Below, one piece after another: positions 58,732-64,000 of a stretch of DNA of 64,000 bases (its first letter is position 1; every line of letters begins with the position of its first letter). This stretch comes from Candidatus Eiseniibacteriota bacterium (GTDB lineage Bacteria; Eisenbacteria; RBG-16-71-46), in contig JBGAOA010000012.1 in assembly GCA_044222065.1 (NCBI GenBank), positions 1 through 64,000 on the forward strand, read 5' to 3'. Made by a program: the position numbers and the translations under genes. The notes below the pieces were generated by a model, which did no database searches, had not been told where the DNA came from, and saw nothing but the letters and a program-made list of their open reading frames with translations.

Positions 58732-60689
58732 GACGCTCTCCGCAGGCGCGCGTCGATGCGCAGGGGGCGCGGACGGCCGCGCTCGCGCGCGCGGCGGCGC
58801 TCCTCGGGCGATTCGACCGCCGTGTCCTCGCCGCAGAACGCGCAGAACTTCCAGCCGGGCTGGAGCCGGCGCGAGCAGTGGCGGCAGTGGTCGCCGGAGA
58901 AGTGCCCGCACGACGGGCAGTAGTCGTGCTCCTGTCCGAGCACCGTGCGGCATTCGGAGCACAGGCGCGCCGCCTGGCTGCCGAGGTACACGACGCGGCC
59001 GACCTCGTCGATGGACGTGAGGCCGTCGAGCACCTTGCGGAGACCGTCACGGCTCAGCGTGCGCATGCCGCCCTCGATCGCGGCGCGGCGGATCGAACTG
59101 TCGGGCGCGTTCGCGATGACGAGCTGGCGGATCGCGTCGTCCACGCCCAGCAGTTCGAAGATGCCGGTGCGGCCGTGGAAGCCGGTGTTCGAGCAGTGCG
59201 GGCAGCCCTTCGCACGGAAGACCGACACCGGGCCGTCGCCGGCCACGGCGCCGTGCAGATCGGACGCGGGGGCCTCGTAGGCCTCCTTGCAGCGGGGGCA
59301 CAACGTGCGCACGAGCCGCATCGAGACGACGGACACGAGCGAAGACGCCACCATGAACGGCTCGAGCCCGAGGTCCACGAGACGCGTCACCGCGCTCGCC
59401 GCGTCGTTCGTGTGGATCGTGGACAGCACGAGGTGACCGGTGGCGGAGGCGCGGAACGCGATCTGCGCGGTCTCGCGGTCCCGGATCTCGCCGATCATGA
59501 TCACGTCCGGGTCCTGGCGGAGGATCGCGCGCAGCGCGGCGGGGAAGGTCTTCTTCGCCTTGTCGTCCACCTGCACCTGGTTGATGCCCGGCACCTGGAG
59601 CTCGACGGGATCCTCGACCGTCACGATGTTCTTCGTGACGTTCTGGATGAACCGGAGCGACGAATAGAGCAGCGTGCTCTTGCCCGATCCGGTCGGGCCG
59701 GTCACGAGGATGAGGCCCTGCGGCCGCTCGAGCGCCCCGCGGTGCGCGTCGAGTTCTTCGGGCGCCATGCCGAGGTCGTTCAGCGACACCTGCAGGCGGC
59801 GCTGGTCGGTGACGCGGATCACGACCTTCTCGCCGTTCGTCACCGGCAGCGTCGAGACGCGCATGTCCACGCGGCGGTTGCCGATCTCGACCACGAGACG
59901 GCCGTCCTGCGGCTGGCGCTTCTCGGCGATATCGAGGCTCGAGAGCACCTTGATGCGCGAGACGACCGCGCCCTGCGTCCACTTCGGCAGCCGCTGGATC
60001 TCGCGCAGCATGCCGTCGACGCGGAAGCGAACGATGACGTCGCGTTCCTGCGGCTCGATGTGGATGTCGCTCGCGCGCTCTTCGACGGCGCTGTGGAGCA
60101 GCCAGTTCGTGAGGCGCACGATCGGCCGGCCCTCGGCCTCCTTCATGAGGTCGTCGATCGCGTCCTTCTGCTCTTCCTCGGCGACCTCGCGCACCTCGAG
60201 ATCCGTGCTCTCGGACTCGATGATGTTCTGGATCACCTCGTTCATCGAGGTGTCCATCTGGTAGTAGCGCTCGATCGCTTCCGCCATCTGCGTCGGCATC
60301 GCGAGCACGGGCTTGATGAACATGCCGCTCTGGAAGCGCAGGTCGTCGAGGGCGGCGACGTTCATCGGGTCGGTCATCGCGACGACGAGCGTCGAGCGGC
60401 CCTCGACCTCGACCGGAAGCGCGCCGTACTTGCGCGCGAGATCCTCGCTCACGTACTGCAGCAGGGACTCGTCGAGCGTGATCTGCTCGAGGTCCACGAG
60501 CGGAAGCGCGAGCTGCTCGTGGAGCAAGTCCACGAGCTGGCGCTCGTCGAGCAGCCGGAGCGAGATCAGTGTCGCTCCGAGGAGCTGCCCGGTACGCTTC
60601 TGTTCGGCGATGGCGAGCTCGAGATCCGTTTCCTGGATCAGCTTCTTCTCGATCAGCAGCTCGCCGAGACGCCTGTGCTTCCCGGCCAT
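58728..60689 (-). CDS. GspE/PilB-family ATPase with MshEN N-terminus and C-terminal double zinc ribbon
   Basis: RLGELL..Q..LG MshEN-like motif; ASDIHIEP, GPTGSGKST, EDPVE, LRQDPD, GHLVLSTIHTND, CPRC/CPHC; tail CSEC-CPSC-CRHC-CAFC. Confidence 0.94.
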   Translation of the reverse strand: MAGKHRRLGELLIEKKLIQETDLELAIAEQKRTGQLLGATLISLRLLDERQLVDLLHEQLALPLVDLEQITLDESLLQYVSEDLARKYGALPVEVEGRSTLVVAMTDPMNVAALDDLRFQSGMFIKPVLAMPTQMAEAIERYYQMDTSMNEVIQNIIESESTDLEVREVAEEEQKDAIDDLMKEAEGRPIVRLTNWLLHSAVEERASDIHIEPQERDVIVRFRVDGMLREIQRLPKWTQGAVVSRIKVLSSLDIAEKRQPQDGRLVVEIGNRRVDMRVSTLPVTNGEKVVIRVTDQRRLQVSLNDLGMAPEELDAHRGALERPQGLILVTGPTGSGKSTLLYSSLRFIQNVTKNIVTVEDPVELQVPGINQVQVDDKAKKTFPAALRAILRQDPDVIMIGEIRDRETAQIAFRASATGHLVLSTIHTNDAASAVTRLVDLGLEPFMVASSLVSVVSMRLVRTLCPRCKEAYEAPASDLHGAVAGDGPVSVFRAKGCPHCSNTGFHGRTGIFELLGVDDAIRQLVIANAPDSSIRRAAIEGGMRTLSRDGLRKVLDGLTSIDEVGRVVYLGSQAARLCSECRTVLGQEHDYCPSCGHFSGDHCRHCSRRLQPGWKFCAFCGEDTAVESPEERRRARERGRPRPLRIDARLRRAS

Positions 60690-60726
60690 GCGGGTCTCCA
60701 CGGGACGAGGTGGGAATTCGCACGAG

Positions 60727-60754
60727 TTATCGGCCGAGGTCGGCGCGGAATTGA
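60727..60754 (-). promoter_or_regulatory. Sigma28 (FliA/WhiG)-like promoter
   Basis: Minus strand TCAAT-N15-GCCGATAA, perfect sigma28 -10 box. Confidence 0.65.
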
Positions 60755-60896
60755 CGACATTGCGATCCGCGATTCACGCGGCGACAACGCGTTCCGGCCC
60801 TCGAACGCCGCGCGCGAGGCCCGTTCGGGGCATTTGCCCCGCGCGCGCCGCGAAGGCGTGGCGGGCGGAGCGGGCCGCGGTGTAGGTTCCGCCGCC

Positions 60897-62584
60897 ATGA
60901 ACCTCAAACCCCCCGACACTCCGTCCGCTTCCGACCTCGCGATGCGCGCACTGTCGGCGCTCGGCCCCGACGTCGAGGCGCCGCAGGCCGGCGCGCAGCT
61001 CGCCGAACTCATGCGCGCCGCCTCGAAGCACTGCCGCCGCCTCGTCGGGGCGGAGCGCGCCCGCATCTGGATCACGCGCCGCGGCGGACGGCGGCTGCTC
61101 GGGCGGGAACTCGGCGAAGACGGCCAGAGCCTGCGCGAGGCGCGCGCGCGTCGCGGCGAGGGGCTCGCGGGCTGGGTGATCGCGCAGGAGCGCTCGTTGC
61201 GGCTCGACGCGGGCGAGTCGCCGCCCGAGCTGACCGGCTCCGTGCCGCCGTATCGGACCGCGCTCGTGCTGCCGCTCTACCGGCGCGGCGACGTGTTCGG
61301 CGCGATCGAGTGCCTCGACAAGCGCGGCGGCGGGAACTTCACCGACGCCGACTTCGACAACCTGGACATCGCCGCCGAGAACGTCGCGTTCGCGCTCGAC
61401 AACGCGCTGCTCTACGAAGAGACCGAGCGGCGCGCGCTCGAGAAGGAAGTGCTGCTCGAGGTCGCGACGAAGCTCTCGGAGCCGCTCGACCTGCAGCAGG
61501 TCATGGACGCGATCTTCCAGTCGCTGCGGCAGGTCGTGAACTTCGACGCGGTCGCCGTCTACCTCGTGCACCGCAAGTCGCTCGCGCTCGAGATGGTGAA
61601 CAGCTCCGGATATCCCGACGGCTCCGAGGAGGCGTTCGGACTCCAGGTCGGGCAGGGGATCGTGGGCTGGGTCGCGAAGACCGGCGAGCCCGTGATCGTG
61701 CCGGACGTGACGCGGGACGCGCGCTACGTCGCCGCGCGGCCGACGACGCGCAGCGAACTCGCGGCGCCGCTGCTTCTCAAGGGCCGCGCAATCGGCGTGT
61801 TCAACCTCGAGAGCGACCTCGAGGACGCGTACCACGAAGGACATCTCGAACTCGTGACGGCGTTCGCGTCGCAGGCGGCGATCGCGATCGAGCGCGCGCG
61901 GCTCACGAGCGAGCTGCTCGACCAGCGGCGGCTCGAGAAGGAACTCGCGATCGCGCGCGAGATCCAGCTGTCGTTCCTGCCGAAGGCGGCGCCGGAGGTG
62001 GACGGCTTCGAACTCGCGGGCTCGGCCGAGACGCACGACGAGGTCGGCGGCGACTACTACGACTACATTCCCGTCGGAGAGCACCGGCTCGGACTCGCGA
62101 TCGCCGACGTTTCGGGCAAGGGCATCCCCGCCGCGCTCATCATGGCGGGATTCCGCATGTCGCTGCTCGCCGAGATCCGCAACGAGTTCGCGATCCGCGC
62201 CGTGATGCGCAAGGTGAACACGCTGCTCTACGAGAGCACCGACCGGAACAAGTTCGTCACGGCGTTCTATGGCGTGCTCGACTGGTCGAGCGGCATGCTG
62301 ACGTTCTGCAACGCCGGACACAATCCGCCGCTGTTGCTGCGCCCGTCGGCATGCGGCCCGGCGACGTGCTCGTGCTGCACACCGACGGGGTCACCGAGGC
62401 CGAGTCGCCGACCGGCGAGCAGTTCGGCGCGACGCGGCTCGAGAGCACGCTGCGTGCACTGGTCGAGAAGTCGGCGCGCGAGATCCTCGAGGGACTCTCG
62501 GGCGCGGTGCACGCGTGGGCGGGCGAGCGCGGCGCGACGGACGACCTCACGCTGATGGTCGTCAAGGCGCTGCCGCGTCCGTAG
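60897..62584 (+). pseudogene. GAF-GAF-SpoIIE phosphatase with internal deletion and frameshift near 62345
   Basis: Two GAFs, VGGDYYD, DVSGKG, NAGHNPP; the frame then changes straight to MRPGDVLVLHTDGVTEA..DDLT, about 27 aa short of the paralog at 1167. Confidence 0.82.
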
Positions 62585-62652
62585 TCGGTCCCGGGCGCGT
62601 CCTGCGCGCTCGCGACGCGCGTCCTTCAAGCGTTACTTGAAGCGTCCGGGCC

Positions 62653-62681
62653 TTGACCGTGCCACTCCGCCCCGATAGTCT
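62653..62681 (+). promoter_or_regulatory. Sigma70-type promoter for trpS
   Basis: TTGACC-N17-TAGTCT. Confidence 0.55.
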
Positions 62682-62809
62682 GCCGCGATTCTCGACCACC
62701 ACGGACGGAGAGCCGCGCGCGTGAACGCACATTTTGCCATGGTCCCGCCCCATCGCCCGAGCGTCGCCGCGCGCCCGGCGTGCGCGTGCGCGCGTCCCGG
62801 AGGCCCGGC

Positions 62810-63856
62810 GTGAAGCCCGGCCGGATCCTGTCCGGAATGCGCCCGACCGGCCGGCTGCACCTCGGCAACTTCGTCGGGGCGCTCGAGAACTGGATCCGCC
62901 TCCAGAACGAGGGCTGGGAGTGCTTCTGCATGGTCGCCGACTGGCACATGCTCACGACCGGCTACGAAGACACCTCGAAGCTCGACGCCGACACGTTCGA
63001 CATGGTCGTGGACTGGCTCGCGGCCGGCATCGATCCGAAGCGCTCGACCGTGTTCGTCCAGTCGGCCGTGAAGGAGCACGCGGAACTCCACCTGTTGTTC
63101 TCGATGCTCGTCTCGAAGGCGCGCCTCGAACGCATCCCGACGCTCAAGGAGCAGGTGCGCGACCTCGGCATGGACGAGCAGACGATCAGCTACGGACACC
63201 TCGGCTACTCCGTGCTGCAGGCGGCCGACATCCTGCTGTACCGGCCGACGCACGTGCCGGTGGGCGAGGACCAGGTGCCGCACGTCGAGCTGACGCGCGA
63301 GATCGCGCGCCGCTTCAACTACGTGTATTGCGAGGAGGGCGCCGGCGTGTTCCCCGAGCCCGACTCGCTGCTGACGGCGTTCGCGCGGCTTCGCGGACTC
63401 GACGGCAACCGCATGAGCAAGTCGGTCGGGAACACGATCCTGCTCACCGAGGACGCCGACACGATCGGCCAGAAGGTGCGGCAGGCCTACACCGATCCGA
63501 AGAAGATCCGTGCGACCGATCCCGGGCGCCCGGAGGCCGACGCGAGCGACGGGCACGGCGGCTGCGTCGTGTGGGAGTACCACCGCAAGTTCAATCCCTC
63601 GGGCGCTGCGGCGATCGCCGAGCAGTGCCGCGCGGGGACGCTCGCGTGCGTGCCCGACAAGAAGAACCTCACGCAGATCCTCTCGGACACGCTCGCGCCG
63701 CTGCGCGAACGCCGGGCGTACTATCTCGCCCACGCGGACGAGGTGCGCGACATCGTGCGGGACGGCAACCGCCGCGCGCACGCGGTCGCGCGCGACACCA
63801 TGGAGCGCGTGCGCCACGCCATGAAGATGACCTCGCCGCTCGCGGAGCTGGGATGA
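62810..63856 (+). CDS. trpS: Tryptophan--tRNA ligase
   Basis: SGMRPTGRLHLGN, LQAADIL, VPVGEDQ..H.E..R, RMSKS; GGAGG RBS before GTG. Confidence 0.96.
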   Translation: MKPGRILSGMRPTGRLHLGNFVGALENWIRLQNEGWECFCMVADWHMLTTGYEDTSKLDADTFDMVVDWLAAGIDPKRSTVFVQSAVKEHAELHLLFSMLVSKARLERIPTLKEQVRDLGMDEQTISYGHLGYSVLQAADILLYRPTHVPVGEDQVPHVELTREIARRFNYVYCEEGAGVFPEPDSLLTAFARLRGLDGNRMSKSVGNTILLTEDADTIGQKVRQAYTDPKKIRATDPGRPEADASDGHGGCVVWEYHRKFNPSGAAAIAEQCRAGTLACVPDKKNLTQILSDTLAPLRERRAYYLAHADEVRDIVRDGNRRAHAVARDTMERVRHAMKMTSPLAELG

Positions 63857-64000
63857 CGCCCGAACCCAGACGCCGGAGGCCGGCCGAGGACGCCGGTTCG
63901 CCGCCCGAGGCGGCGGCCGCGTCGGCAACGTCCGACGGCACGCCCGCGGCGCCGTCGCGCGGCACGGTCATCGTGCGGCTCGCGCGCTTCGAGGGACCGC
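63853..64000 (+). CDS. scpA: Segregation/condensation protein A, 3' truncated
   Basis: ATGA overlap with trpS; VRLARFEGP is the ScpA N-terminal signature; trpS-scpA is a common gene order. Confidence 0.75.
   Translation, partial: MTPEPRRRRPAEDAGSPPEAAAASATSDGTPAAPSRGTVIVRLARFEGP

Overview
This is a very GC-rich bacterial chromosomal window with about 45 genes, two tRNAs (Leu-CAA, Ala-GGC), and no integrase, transposase or CRISPR array. The many secreted proteins with FlgD-Ig/T9SS-like C-terminal domains and a TWGRVKxLYR tail suggest an FCB-associated candidate lineage such as Ca. Eisenbacteria (inference). Housekeeping and metabolic genes include citrate synthase, an ABC-F ATPase, an M29 aminopeptidase, an FKBP, iorAB with an ADP-forming acyl-CoA synthetase, puuD, cstA, trpS and scpA. 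Signalling genes include two SpoIIE phosphatases, a MASE1 hybrid kinase, two ECF sigma factors, a TPR Ser/Thr kinase, a GGDEF protein, an HD-GYP protein and an MshEN-PilB ATPase. The most notable observations are: (1) two apparent C-terminal export codes, one a 10-residue TWGRVKxLYR-stop tail on two unrelated secreted proteins; (2) a 32-aa, 50% Lys/Arg peptide gene with its own promoter, RBS and terminator; (3) an orphan CcmP/CsoS1D-type BMC-T microcompartment shell gene; (4) an unassigned structured element between convergent genes at 54.2-54.3 kb; (5) mirror-image TGTC-N19-CGTTC promoters beside an ECF/kinase module; (6) a sigma28-like motif upstream of three non-flagellar genes. Four genes carry frameshifts or a deletion that may be assembly errors. 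All family calls come from motif recognition by eye; no database searches were run.
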